A DNA stretch of 64,000 bases from Methanobacteriota archaeon (GCA_020696385.1 JAEHCQ010000005.1:8311-72310); one strand, 5' to 3'; numbered from the stretch's first letter, positions 30,193-39,995 are shown. A program made the numbers and translations. Notes: generated from the sequence alone by a model not told the origin.

Positions 30193-31494
30193 TCAAAGAA
30201 ATTCCTGGATATATTCGAAGTCCGGTGTCAACTTGCCCTGGTGGGTGATGGTCGCCCTTTTAAGCTCAGGTGGCAAGTTCAGTGAATTGAAATCCTTCTT
30301 GAAATCCGTAGCAACGATGGCTTTCATGAATGGCATCATCTGGCCTCCGAAAAATGTGGATGATTCTCGCGGTAGTTCTGATGGTAAGGTATCGACAGAC
30401 ATGACCACTGGCCCTTCGCCTTCACAGCCGTAGACCATCTCATCTGTTTCCGGGAGATAGACATAGCATGGAGTTCCTGGCTCGGTTGCTTCCAATGTGC
30501 ACTCGACAGATCCCTCGACATCACATGTGATATCGCCAAATACCTTCATCTTGGAATCCATTGTCCAGTTATCCTTTATCCATTCCTTTGTGACAAGAAT
30601 TGGATAATCCGGGGTCCAGTAGATGCAGTTGACCAGCATACTAAGATTGTCCATATATTGATTGAACATTCCCTTGTACTTTCCAGGGTTATTGAAATAA
30701 TCATGAAGCTCGAATTGATGATCCAGGTCTATGGGCTCGAACATATCCTTCTCGTAAAATACTACTTTATAAACTATCTTATTTGAGTATTCTCCAGATT
30801 CAATGAAAGCTGCCAGTTCTCCTGGCTGTATCTCTTTTGTTGGCAGGATGTCCAATATTTCCTGCGCTCCCCTGGAAACATTTCCATAGCCCGCAAAACC
30901 AACGACCAATGGGCCAACAGCATCTGGCAAGCCCTCTGTCTCGATCCATTTACCAACAACTTCCAGGGCAGTCGTTGCCTCATCCAGGCTATTGTATTCC
31001 AATGGTCTCTTGAGACCCAGCATGGGTGTGGTCACACCTTCCCATTTCAGTCTCCTTCCATATGTGTAAAGGGTCTCGATCATGCCAGCCAATCCGGCAT
31101 AATTGCCGAAGAATACCAGTCTCTGATTCTTATCATTGGTCACCCTCTCATAGTCAAGAAGAGTGCCATTGGAATCCAGTATCTTCTGGAGCATGGCCAT
31201 ATTGTAGCTCTGCCCCTTGATCGTGTGAGAGAAGAAGATGTAAGCCTGATCGTCCACCAGAGCCGGAATGGGGAATTCCTTCACACCCAGCACGAAATCA
31301 CATCCAGAAAGATCTTCCTGAACAGTCGCTCCTGCTTCTGTGTATTCCTCATTCTTGAATATTCTTATATCTGATGGCTGGACAATTATCTCCACGCCTT
31401 GCTGAACAAGTTCCTTCACATGCCCCGGTATTAGTGGAACTCTGCGCTCCCATTCGTTCTTGTCCTCTCTTCTTATTCCTATCACGTTAGTCAT
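30193..31494 (-). CDS. lysine-ketoglutarate reductase (AASS LKR domain type)
   Basis: GIRREDKNEWERRVPL, FFSHTIKGQSYNM, DYE, FFGNYAGLAG, GNVSRGAQE, NCIYW, DITCD, LPSELPRESS. Confidence 0.9.
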   Translation of the reverse strand: MTNVIGIRREDKNEWERRVPLIPGHVKELVQQGVEIIVQPSDIRIFKNEEYTEAGATVQEDLSGCDFVLGVKEFPIPALVDDQAYIFFSHTIKGQSYNMAMLQKILDSNGTLLDYERVTNDKNQRLVFFGNYAGLAGMIETLYTYGRRLKWEGVTTPMLGLKRPLEYNSLDEATTALEVVGKWIETEGLPDAVGPLVVGFAGYGNVSRGAQEILDILPTKEIQPGELAAFIESGEYSNKIVYKVVFYEKDMFEPIDLDHQFELHDYFNNPGKYKGMFNQYMDNLSMLVNCIYWTPDYPILVTKEWIKDNWTMDSKMKVFGDITCDVEGSVECTLEATEPGTPCYVYLPETDEMVYGCEGEGPVVMSVDTLPSELPRESSTFFGGQMMPFMKAIVATDFKKDFNSLNLPPELKRATITHQGKLTPDFEYIQEFL

Positions 31495-31709
31495 GGCAAA
31501 ACCTCGATGGAGAGGGGATGACCGTTATAGATAAAAACTTAATGCCAATATTTTTTTATTTATATTATCGGGATTCATTATCGTTAATACACTGGCTCAT
31601 AAAAAACGATGGCATAATGTAATTATTGTCATGTAAAATCTAACACAATCGCATTTCGCGTAATAACCTATATCTATCTGGATAATGAATATAGTATAGA
31701 GGATAATTC

Positions 31710-32228
31710 ATGGAATGTCGTGGATCTGTTATTTTGGGCTATTTCAAATACATAAAAAAGACATGGGGTCAGCTTGGCGAAGATGAATGTGCTAAAGCTG
31801 TTGGCCTGGGTCCTGGCAAGGTCAAAGAAGCCATATGGTATGATATACGATACAGTGAGAACATACTGGAATGGATATACAAGAACAAAGGTGAAGAAGC
31901 GGTTGTCAACTGCGGCACATACACCGTGAAGGATCTAGGGTTCCTATCATACATTGTCAGATTTGCCAATGTGAAAAAGATAATAGGGCGCGCATCGGAA
32001 AGCCATAAGGATGCTTTCAAAGGTGATGGCTCCCTCAAGGTGGACATTAAGGACAATAGCGCACTGATAACAATGAAGAACACTGCGATAAGCAAATATT
32101 CCTGCCTGGCCTGGAGAGGATGTTTTATCGGCGCACTGGAGATGACGAACACAACCGGCACTGTAATAGAAAAGCAGTGCCAGCTAAAAGATGCGGACCA
32201 TTGCGAATTTATTATGGAATGGTCCTAG
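31710..32228 (+). CDS. V4R-like domain protein
   Basis: C..WRG..GALE and C-terminal EKQCQLKDADHCEFIMEW pattern. Confidence 0.7.
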   Translation: MECRGSVILGYFKYIKKTWGQLGEDECAKAVGLGPGKVKEAIWYDIRYSENILEWIYKNKGEEAVVNCGTYTVKDLGFLSYIVRFANVKKIIGRASESHKDAFKGDGSLKVDIKDNSALITMKNTAISKYSCLAWRGCFIGALEMTNTTGTVIEKQCQLKDADHCEFIMEWS

Positions 32229-32414
32229 CCACTGCAAATTTGTCATAGAGTGGGTCTGACCATTGCGAATTTATTATGGAATGGTCCTAGCCACTGCAAA
32301 TTTGTCATAGAGTGGGTCTGACCATTGCGAATTTATTATGGAATGGTCCTAGCCACTGCAAATTTGTCATAGAGTGGGTCTGACCATTGCGAATTTATTA
32401 TGGAATGGTCCTAA
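32198..32414 (+). repeat. tandem array of alternating 31-bp units A-B-A-B-A-B-A (62-bp period) derived from the gene 3' end
   Basis: A=ccattgcgaatttattatggaatggtcctag, B=ccactgcaaatttgtcatagagtgggtctga. Confidence 0.93.
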
Positions 32415-32420
32415 AAAGCC

Positions 32421-32502
32421 AAACAAATTAATTTTATACACTACCACCATCCCGTCCCATGAATGTAATTGACCTTGTAGCCGAGCTTGTTTCTATACCC
32501 AG
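32421..32502 (+). repeat. upstream duplicate of the M20 gene promoter and first ~14 codons
   Basis: 47 bp identical at 32456-32502 and 32798-32844; upstream ~35 nt similar but diverged. Confidence 0.88.
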
Positions 32503-32800
32503 AGCACACCCACTTTTTTCTTTTAAACCTCGCTGTGCTGGATCGGGCTCCTAAATCAAGCCCATTTCATGTGCTTGATAAAATAGATGCGTGGACTTTG
32601 TCCACATCTAAAAAAGAAAAAAGACGGACAAATTAAATCAAGCCAGCTGACTTGATCAAAATAAATGCGTGGGTTCAGTAGGTGAAGTCGCATTTAAAAA
32701 GAAAGTCGCCCGACCCTGCTCACTCGGTATTGATTGAACCGTAGATTAGTAAATGAGTAAATAAGCAAAATAATTCTATATCCTAGTGCTATTCAACCCC

Positions 32801-33877
32801 ATGAATGTAATTGACCTTGTAGCCGAGCTTGTTTCTATACCCAGTACACTTGGAAAGACCACGGATATCGAGAACTTCGTGGCTGGCCAGTTATCCGCAA
32901 TTATCGATACAGAGTTCATCGAGGTCCCGGGCAAGGGCAGGTGCGTGCTTGCCCGTTCTATCGCGGATGATAAAAAGCCGACCATAATCTTCAATGGGCA
33001 TCTGGATACTGTCGAGGTGTGCAATGGGTGGACAAAGGATCCCTTCAAGCCAGTGATCGAAGGCGATAAGATGTTCGGCCTAGGAACCGCTGACATGAAA
33101 GGCGGAGTGGCAGTTGCCATGCTGGCATTTCAAGAAGCTGTAAGAAGAGGCATCAATGCGATATTTGTCGGGACCATTGATGAGGAAGGAGATTCGGCGG
33201 GTGGCTTTGCTATCAAGGATCTGGGACTAAAAGCAGATCTGTGCCTGATAACAGAACCCAGCAATGAGAAGATAATGCAGGGCTGTCGCGGCAGGTACGT
33301 GGTGGATGTGAACGTGAGCGGAAAGAGCGCTCACGGAGCTGTGCCCGAGAAAGGGGTCAATGCGATCACAGAGGCTGGCCGCCTGCTCTCCAGATTGGAT
33401 GAGTTACCCCTAATTCATCATGATGTTCTGGGAAAGGGTTCCGTATGCCCACTCAGCGTGGGTGGAGGAACCACCACATTATCGGTTCCGGAAGAATGCC
33501 GCATTGTCATCGACAGGCATGTTGTCCCAGGCGAGACAAAGGAAAGTGTGATGCAGGACATACGCAACCTGGCTGGGAAGATAGACAGCCAGGCGACATT
33601 CGATGTGGCACTGAACCAGGAAAGACCCACACCTTTCCTGGAGCCATATATCACGCAGGATGATGAATTGACGCGCCGATTCATCAGCACAGTCAAAGGC
33701 GATATCGCCTACGGGAAGTCAGTAGGCGATTACAATATATTTGCCACCATGTGCCCCACGATAGTCCATGGGCCAGTAGGGGAGAATTGGCATTCACCAG
33801 ATGAGTGGGTGTCTATTTCTTCAATAGAAAGATGTCTGGAGAACTACATGAGATTCCTTGATGCTTTCAAGGTCTAA
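32801..33877 (+). CDS. M20 family metallopeptidase/deacylase (ArgE/DapE-like)
   Basis: FNGHLDTV, GLGTADMKGG, DEEG, ITEP, GKSAHGA, HSPDEWV. Confidence 0.93.
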   Translation: MNVIDLVAELVSIPSTLGKTTDIENFVAGQLSAIIDTEFIEVPGKGRCVLARSIADDKKPTIIFNGHLDTVEVCNGWTKDPFKPVIEGDKMFGLGTADMKGGVAVAMLAFQEAVRRGINAIFVGTIDEEGDSAGGFAIKDLGLKADLCLITEPSNEKIMQGCRGRYVVDVNVSGKSAHGAVPEKGVNAITEAGRLLSRLDELPLIHHDVLGKGSVCPLSVGGGTTTLSVPEECRIVIDRHVVPGETKESVMQDIRNLAGKIDSQATFDVALNQERPTPFLEPYITQDDELTRRFISTVKGDIAYGKSVGDYNIFATMCPTIVHGPVGENWHSPDEWVSISSIERCLENYMRFLDAFKV

Positions 33878-34029
33878 TATCTCACATTAATCGTATATCA
33901 CCATAGACTAACATATGGCTAACATATGATAGAATTTACCTATATATCATATATATGAAGATATATTCAATATATTAAGTAGATACATTTATCTATTAAT
34001 TGTCATTCAACCACCAGATAGGTGCTAAT

Positions 34030-34263
34030 ATGAAAGCGTTCAAAGCAACCGGAACCTTCCTTATGGGCAGAGACACTCAACCATTCAGTAAAGAGGTCGC
34101 TGCCAAAGACAAGGAAGATGCAGAGGAACAGGTATACTCGATCATGGGAAGCAAGCATGGTGTCAAGAGGTTCAGGATCGATATAGATAAGATCGTACCC
34201 CTGAAGCAAGAGGACATCACGGATTCCGTGATAGCTTACAAGACAAGCAAGGGTGAACAATGA
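34030..34263 (+). CDS. rplX: 50S ribosomal protein LX/L18Ae (eL20)
   Basis: PFSKEV..AEEQVYSIMGSKHGVKRFRI; conserved rplX-pfdA-ftsY order. Confidence 0.92.
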   Translation: MKAFKATGTFLMGRDTQPFSKEVAAKDKEDAEEQVYSIMGSKHGVKRFRIDIDKIVPLKQEDITDSVIAYKTSKGEQ

Positions 34264-34679
34264 ATGAAGAAGAGATCCAGCAGGCCAGTGCTCAATTAGA
34301 GAGCTACAGGGGCCAAATGGAACAAATGAAGCAGCAGAACGAGCTTCTCAAGAACCTCAATGATGAGTACATGAGAGCACGTGACACCCTTCTGGACCTC
34401 AGCAAGAGATCGCCTGATGACGAGATACTGGTACCCATTGGCGGCAATTATTTTATCTTCGCCAAGGTGGATAAACCCGATAAGGCCATTGGAAGCCTGG
34501 GAATGAACCTGGCCGCAGAAGAGAGCACGGAAAAAGCAGTCGAGAGACTGGACAAGAGGATAGCCGAGCTCAGTGATGCGGGAACCAAGATGGCCCAGTC
34601 AATGCAGGATATGGATGCCAGGTCCACGGAGCTTACCAATAAGCTCCAGGAAGAATACGCCAAGGGCAATGTACAGTAA
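34260..34679 (+). CDS. pfdA: prefoldin alpha subunit
   Basis: Coiled coils flanking EILVPIGGNYFI; genomic context. Confidence 0.92.
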   Translation: MNEEEIQQASAQLESYRGQMEQMKQQNELLKNLNDEYMRARDTLLDLSKRSPDDEILVPIGGNYFIFAKVDKPDKAIGSLGMNLAAEESTEKAVERLDKRIAELSDAGTKMAQSMQDMDARSTELTNKLQEEYAKGNVQ

Positions 34680-34693
34680 GCTTGGTATTTGCC

Positions 34694-35623
34694 ATGTTCA
34701 AATTCCTTAAGGATAAGCTGGAAGGGTTCAAAAAACAGACAAAGGAAGAATTCTCAGCAGAGGCTATATCGGAAGATGACGGCAAGCGCATAAAAGAAAG
34801 CAAGCTGGACGATATACTCTGGGATCTGGAAGTGGGGCTTCTTGAATCTGATGTGGCTATCGAGGTCATTGAGGAGCTCAAGGAGAACCTGAAGGTGGAT
34901 CTCATCAATAAGCGAGTGAAAAGAGGTTCTGATTTTGAAAAGTCTATCAATGAAAGTCTGAAAGCCTCGCTCACCAAGATACTGGACACCGAGACAATTG
35001 ATTTTGATGAGTTCATCAACACCCATGAAAAACCAGTTACATTGATGTTCGTCGGAGTGAACGGAACTGGTAAGACCACTTCCATTGCAAGGATCGCCCA
35101 CAGACTGAAGAAACAGGGGAAATCCTGTGTACTGGCAGCGGCCGACACATTCAGAGCTGGGGCCATAGAGCAATTGACAATTCATTCGGAAAATCTGGGA
35201 TTCAAGATAATAAAACATCAATCGGGTGGAGACCCGGCTGCGGTTGCCTATGATGCAGTTGCGCATGCCAAGGCCAGGTTCCGGGATGTCGTTCTCATAG
35301 ACACGGCCGGCAGGATGCAGACGAACTCCAACCTGATGGATGAGATGAAAAAGATCAATAGGGTTGTCGAGCCAGACATGGTGATATTCGTTGGTGACTC
35401 ACTAGCAGGAAATGACGCAGTGGAGCAGGCCAGGAAGTTCGAAGAGGCTATCGGATTGGATGCGGCCATACTTACGAAAATAGATGCGGACGCGAAGGGC
35501 GGAGCTGCATTATCGATCGCACATGCGGTTGGCAAGCCAATAATATTCGTGGGAACTGGCCAGGAATATGAGGACCTGGAAAAGTTCGATGCTCAATGGA
35601 TGATCGATAAGATCTTTGGATAG
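34694..35623 (+). CDS. ftsY: signal recognition particle receptor FtsY
   Basis: GVNGTGKTT, DTFRAGA, DTAGR, TKIDADAKGG. Confidence 0.97.
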   Translation: MFKFLKDKLEGFKKQTKEEFSAEAISEDDGKRIKESKLDDILWDLEVGLLESDVAIEVIEELKENLKVDLINKRVKRGSDFEKSINESLKASLTKILDTETIDFDEFINTHEKPVTLMFVGVNGTGKTTSIARIAHRLKKQGKSCVLAAADTFRAGAIEQLTIHSENLGFKIIKHQSGGDPAAVAYDAVAHAKARFRDVVLIDTAGRMQTNSNLMDEMKKINRVVEPDMVIFVGDSLAGNDAVEQARKFEEAIGLDAAILTKIDADAKGGAALSIAHAVGKPIIFVGTGQEYEDLEKFDAQWMIDKIFG

Positions 35624-35626
35624 ATC

Positions 35627-38600
35627 TTAATTTTTAAATTTCTTAATGTTTATAAGATACATTTCCTCAGTCAAATTACCATCTTTGTAAGCCATCTCTA
35701 TTTTATCTATGATCTCTTGATTAGGATGAGGTGGCTCAGGCTCAATTGCCAGATCATCAGCACAGATCGGGCATTGTAGGCCTGGATCGATCAGGAAACC
35801 ACAAACTGGGCAGATATTTTCGACCTCAGTTGCTTGTTCTTCGTATAGATCATCTTCAGATGATACATCTTCATCAAATGAGGCGTCATCTTCGACAGGT
35901 CCATCATCTTTATTTTTACGAACAAATAGGAATGCCAGGAACAATAATATAATGAGCCAGATCAACATCCCGATGTATATCATCGGGTCTTGGTCCTTTG
36001 ACACATATTCCTCTACCCCATCTTCTGTTTCATCCAGGGGAGCAGGGTCAAATTCATCGAGTACTCCGTCATTGTCATCATCAGTGTCTTCATTGTTACC
36101 AATGCCATCCCCATCAGTATCTATTGATTCATCAGCATCAAATGGGAAAACATCATCAATATCTGGAACTCCATCATTGTCATCATCAGGGTCATCCACA
36201 TCAAGTATACCATCTCGATCATTATCTCCATGAACAACAATGATCTCAATTGTCGAGTTTATATTACCGGAATAATCTTCGACCGTGAAAGTGATACGAT
36301 AAGTTCCAGGGTCTTCAAAGATATATGATATATCATTTTGATAATTATCCAGATGACCTGGATAATCAATTGACCAATAACTATTTGCAATTCCAATATT
36401 GTCTGTTGAATTTGATCCCCAGAGATATGTTGTTTCTCCTTCGATCGTCTCTCTAGGAACATTAATGTCAATATTTGGCTTGGTTGTATCAACTACAAAA
36501 AATAGATCTGCATTCATCGGAGGGGATTCTTGATTGCCAGATATATCCTCTGCGATAGAATAGAATTGATACCAACCATCATTTGGTGCATTGGCCTCAA
36601 CATCATAATAATATGAAGGCGTATAGTTCCATTTTGCATATGTGAAATTATTATGCTCATATTTCCAGTCAGACCAGGTTATATTATCCGCACTGTACCT
36701 TGACCATAGGCTTATGCTCTCATAATAATAATGTACGGCATAAGAATAATTGATATTGACCATTGTGTTCTGCAAACCACTTGTTGAATCAGTAGCACTC
36801 CAAGAAAAATATAGATCCCCAAGATCATGCCAGAAATCTTCTTGAAAGGATAGCTTAGACACAGGATCTGAAGTATCAATACAAAGAGATATGGGTGGTT
36901 CAGAAGGGGATTCTTCATAATTCCCTACTACATCACGTGCTACAGAATATAATTGATAGAAGCCATCATTACTTGGCATTTTAAAAGACCAACTACCATT
37001 ATTTTCCTCCGCATACCTATGTGAAAAATAATCAGTCCATGTTAGATTGTCAGAGCTACGCCTATAATAAATATTAATTTGATCCAATCCAGTCAAATTA
37101 TCATGAGCATCGATTGATAGATTAAATGAACCATTGTTATGATAATATGGTACAGGAATTATCTCTGAGCTTGGATTCAGGGTATCACGAATAGTCTTTG
37201 TCTCTGAACTATTTTTACATATCTCAAAATTCCCATAATTGTCCTCAGATAAAGAATAGAACTCATAATATCCATCACCTTCAGGGAAGTCAAAAAGCCA
37301 ATTCCATTGTGAGATAGAATCCTCATTATATTGTTTCCAGGGAGTCCATGTAATATTAAATGAGCTATGGCGATACCATAATGTAACATTCTTAAGGCCA
37401 AATCCATCCAGATCCTCTGCGGTAGAATTTATAAGTTCAGACTGAGAGTTAATATATCTGGGAATCGATCGTAAAGATGATGTTGGTTTGATATGATCGT
37501 GAACTGGGTTCATCAGTGAATAATTATCACTACTAAATGCGGGATAAGAATCGATATCATATCCCGAATCACCGAATCCATCTGAACCGGATATATTCTG
37601 ACCCGGACCAGACATCAGATCTAAGCCATCATAGTCCGACCAGTAATTTCCCCCGATCGGGTATATGTTATTCCAATAATTTGTTGAATAATAATCATAG
37701 GCACCATAATTATTATCTAAAAATGAATTATGATAGACCATGTTCCAATCTGAATGAGAGAACATTAAGCCTCGAAAGTTATTCCATATTGTATTGTTGA
37801 TTATAAAATTATTAAAACAATCATATAAATATATCCCATAATATCCATAATTATATGGATACCCATTCCCATGTATCAAATTATTAGATATGGATGAATT
37901 TCTCGTACTTTCCATGCATATCCCATAATATTCATTTTCTATCGTATTGTTTTGTATTGTAATATTATTCGAATAACCAGCTAATATCCCACAGGATCCA
38001 TCCATTAATGTGAAGTTCTGAATGATCGAATCTGAACAATTCGCTAAAATGATCTGACCTGCATCAGATGGTATATTAACATCAGTTTGGTTTTTAAGAT
38101 AATATATTGGCAACCCATTGATAGTATTATTGATGAATGAATGAGTATTCCAATCCAATATAATATCATTATACCAGTATCTAATCATGATTCCAGTATT
38201 TATCAGAACATTGTCTTGGATCAGTATATATTTATTGCCGCGGATACCTATACCGACATCATAGTTATCTATTGAATTATTTATTATACTATTATTATTC
38301 CCCGGTTTCATAGTGATTCCAGTATCCCTTGTTCCAGAAAAGATATTGTTCTGTATTATGTTTCTATCACCCTGGCCTTCGATGGAGGTTTCCATAAAAA
38401 GGTTATTTTCAATTACATTATCATTACCAGTGAATGAGACACCTCGATAACTATTATGAGCGATCTGGTTATTTACCACAGTATTATTATTCCCAGTAAT
38501 AATCACTGCGTCCTCTTGATCATAGAGCTTATTATCAAATATCATAAAATTATCTGAGTTGAAAAGTTGAATTCCATTGGAACAATTCTCAATTACAATA

Positions 38601-39484
38601 TCATTGATCTGACCATTTGTACAGAATCCTAGAATGATGCTGCCGTATGTCTCTGTAAAAGTATAATTGGAGAGCACGACATTCTTGCAATCTGCATATA
38701 TTATCTGGCCTGGACCAGTTACATAAGGAGGGGTGTTAGTGTTCTTGAAATAATATATCGGCAACCCTTGAACTAAATTTGTGGTGTAAATATAATGAGT
38801 ATCCCATTCTTCGACTAAGGTTCCATAGATATGAATTCCATTGCTAAGGATATTACCTGAAAATGTATTGTGTTGGGATCGCAACATACGGATATCATCC
38901 CAATTGTTGATACTCCACCAATAGGGAGAAATATGAGTCTCAATCTGATTATTGATGATCAAATTGTAATTGCTTCCATCTAGGAACAATCCATAATATA
39001 CCGAACTAATTTGATTGTTTTCAATAAGGTTATGATCTGAATGAACAGATAGATATATCCCTCTGCTGCAATTATGGATAATATTATTGATAATATCACC
39101 ATAATCAGTATTCCATAGTTGAATCCCAGCAGCTTCCCAATATAATCCACTCCAATTAGAATAAGGAAACATCAATGTACAATTTCGGATAATGAAGTTA
39201 TCTGTCACGTTCCCCAAGTAAATGCAGGGTCCAAAAATGGTTCCATTGATCTCCCAGTTCTCGATCACCCAGGGATTGCCAGCACTCCCATTCCCACTAG
39301 ATACTCCATTAGCAAGGGTAAAATCAGCATTTGAATTTATTCGGATCTCACCGCGAGGTGTAGTTGTAATCACATATGTAGACACATCCTTGGCTTCCGT
39401 ATTATTAGCATTTGGTTCGGTAAATAATATGATGGAACTAAATATCAATAGTACCGATAGCCAAACAGTAAATGCCTTTCTCAT
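35627..39484 (-). CDS. large secreted membrane-anchored protein: NosD/right-handed beta-helix repeats, Ig/PKD domains, TSP3-like Ca-binding repeats, TM, zinc ribbon
   Basis: Signal peptide, NNxI repeats, GGNYWSDY, DDDNDGVPD repeats, TM helix, CPVC..CPIC. Confidence 0.85.
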   Translation of the reverse strand: MRKAFTVWLSVLLIFSSIILFTEPNANNTEAKDVSTYVITTTPRGEIRINSNADFTLANGVSSGNGSAGNPWVIENWEINGTIFGPCIYLGNVTDNFIIRNCTLMFPYSNWSGLYWEAAGIQLWNTDYGDIINNIIHNCSRGIYLSVHSDHNLIENNQISSVYYGLFLDGSNYNLIINNQIETHISPYWWSINNWDDIRMLRSQHNTFSGNILSNGIHIYGTLVEEWDTHYIYTTNLVQGLPIYYFKNTNTPPYVTGPGQIIYADCKNVVLSNYTFTETYGSIILGFCTNGQINDIVIENCSNGIQLFNSDNFMIFDNKLYDQEDAVIITGNNNTVVNNQIAHNSYRGVSFTGNDNVIENNLFMETSIEGQGDRNIIQNNIFSGTRDTGITMKPGNNNSIINNSIDNYDVGIGIRGNKYILIQDNVLINTGIMIRYWYNDIILDWNTHSFINNTINGLPIYYLKNQTDVNIPSDAGQIILANCSDSIIQNFTLMDGSCGILAGYSNNITIQNNTIENEYYGICMESTRNSSISNNLIHGNGYPYNYGYYGIYLYDCFNNFIINNTIWNNFRGLMFSHSDWNMVYHNSFLDNNYGAYDYYSTNYWNNIYPIGGNYWSDYDGLDLMSGPGQNISGSDGFGDSGYDIDSYPAFSSDNYSLMNPVHDHIKPTSSLRSIPRYINSQSELINSTAEDLDGFGLKNVTLWYRHSSFNITWTPWKQYNEDSISQWNWLFDFPEGDGYYEFYSLSEDNYGNFEICKNSSETKTIRDTLNPSSEIIPVPYYHNNGSFNLSIDAHDNLTGLDQINIYYRRSSDNLTWTDYFSHRYAEENNGSWSFKMPSNDGFYQLYSVARDVVGNYEESPSEPPISLCIDTSDPVSKLSFQEDFWHDLGDLYFSWSATDSTSGLQNTMVNINYSYAVHYYYESISLWSRYSADNITWSDWKYEHNNFTYAKWNYTPSYYYDVEANAPNDGWYQFYSIAEDISGNQESPPMNADLFFVVDTTKPNIDINVPRETIEGETTYLWGSNSTDNIGIANSYWSIDYPGHLDNYQNDISYIFEDPGTYRITFTVEDYSGNINSTIEIIVVHGDNDRDGILDVDDPDDDNDGVPDIDDVFPFDADESIDTDGDGIGNNEDTDDDNDGVLDEFDPAPLDETEDGVEEYVSKDQDPMIYIGMLIWLIILLFLAFLFVRKNKDDGPVEDDASFDEDVSSEDDLYEEQATEVENICPVCGFLIDPGLQCPICADDLAIEPEPPHPNQEIIDKIEMAYKDGNLTEEMYLINIKKFKN

Positions 39485-39555
39485 CTTCCTCTTCCTCAGC
39501 CTAGTTTAAGAGTTTAGAGTATTTTAGGGTTGTGGAATATAAGAAAAGAAATAAG

Positions 39556-39813
39556 ATGCGGGGAACCGTGTGAACGATATGCCCTTGGCATGATGTTCAC
39601 ATCGTAGGCCATAAACCCAATTCTCGAAGCTTACGTCTTGCTTCGAGTCCAGATGAAACATAATGGTGGGTTTACGGCAACCGTTTACTACTTTCGAATC
39701 CTATAATGAAAAATGCGGGGAACCGGATTTCGCACCTACACTTCATTGCGGTGCTCTCTCGAATTTACAAGTAAATTCTCGATCGAACTTCGTTCGAATC
39801 CTATAATGAAAAA
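39556..39813 (-). repeat. two tandem tRNA-anchored structured units, each ending in a copy of the tRNA-Leu 3' end
   Basis: 37 bp identical at 39693-39729 and 39793-39829; third ATGCGGGGAACCG at 39556-39568. Confidence 0.9.
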
Positions 39814-39897
39814 TGCGGGGAACCGGATTCGAACCGGCGAATCACTAAGAACTAGACCCTGAATCTAGCGCCGTTGACCAGGCTTGGCTATCCCCGC
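39814..39897 (-). tRNA. tRNA-Leu(CAG)
   Basis: Reverse complement GCGGGGATAGCCAAGCCTGG..CTAGA-TTCAGGG-TCTAG..long variable arm..CCGGTTCGAATCCGGTTCCCCGCA. Confidence 0.96.
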
Positions 39898-39995
39898 ATG
39901 GTGTTATGGATAAGCCCTGTAAATTCAAGAGGTTTATAAAATCTTTGATTGGATTGTATAATTTTCCGCCGATATCCTTATATCATGAAATTATC

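Noticed and set aside
32198-32414. CRISPR-like repeat/spacer array
   Set aside because: The would-be spacers are identical and homologous to the repeat, the repeat is the gene's coding end, and no cas genes are present.
39556-39813. Additional tRNA genes or an integrated provirus
   Set aside because: Only 3' tRNA fragments are present, with no D/anticodon arms and no integrase or cargo genes.
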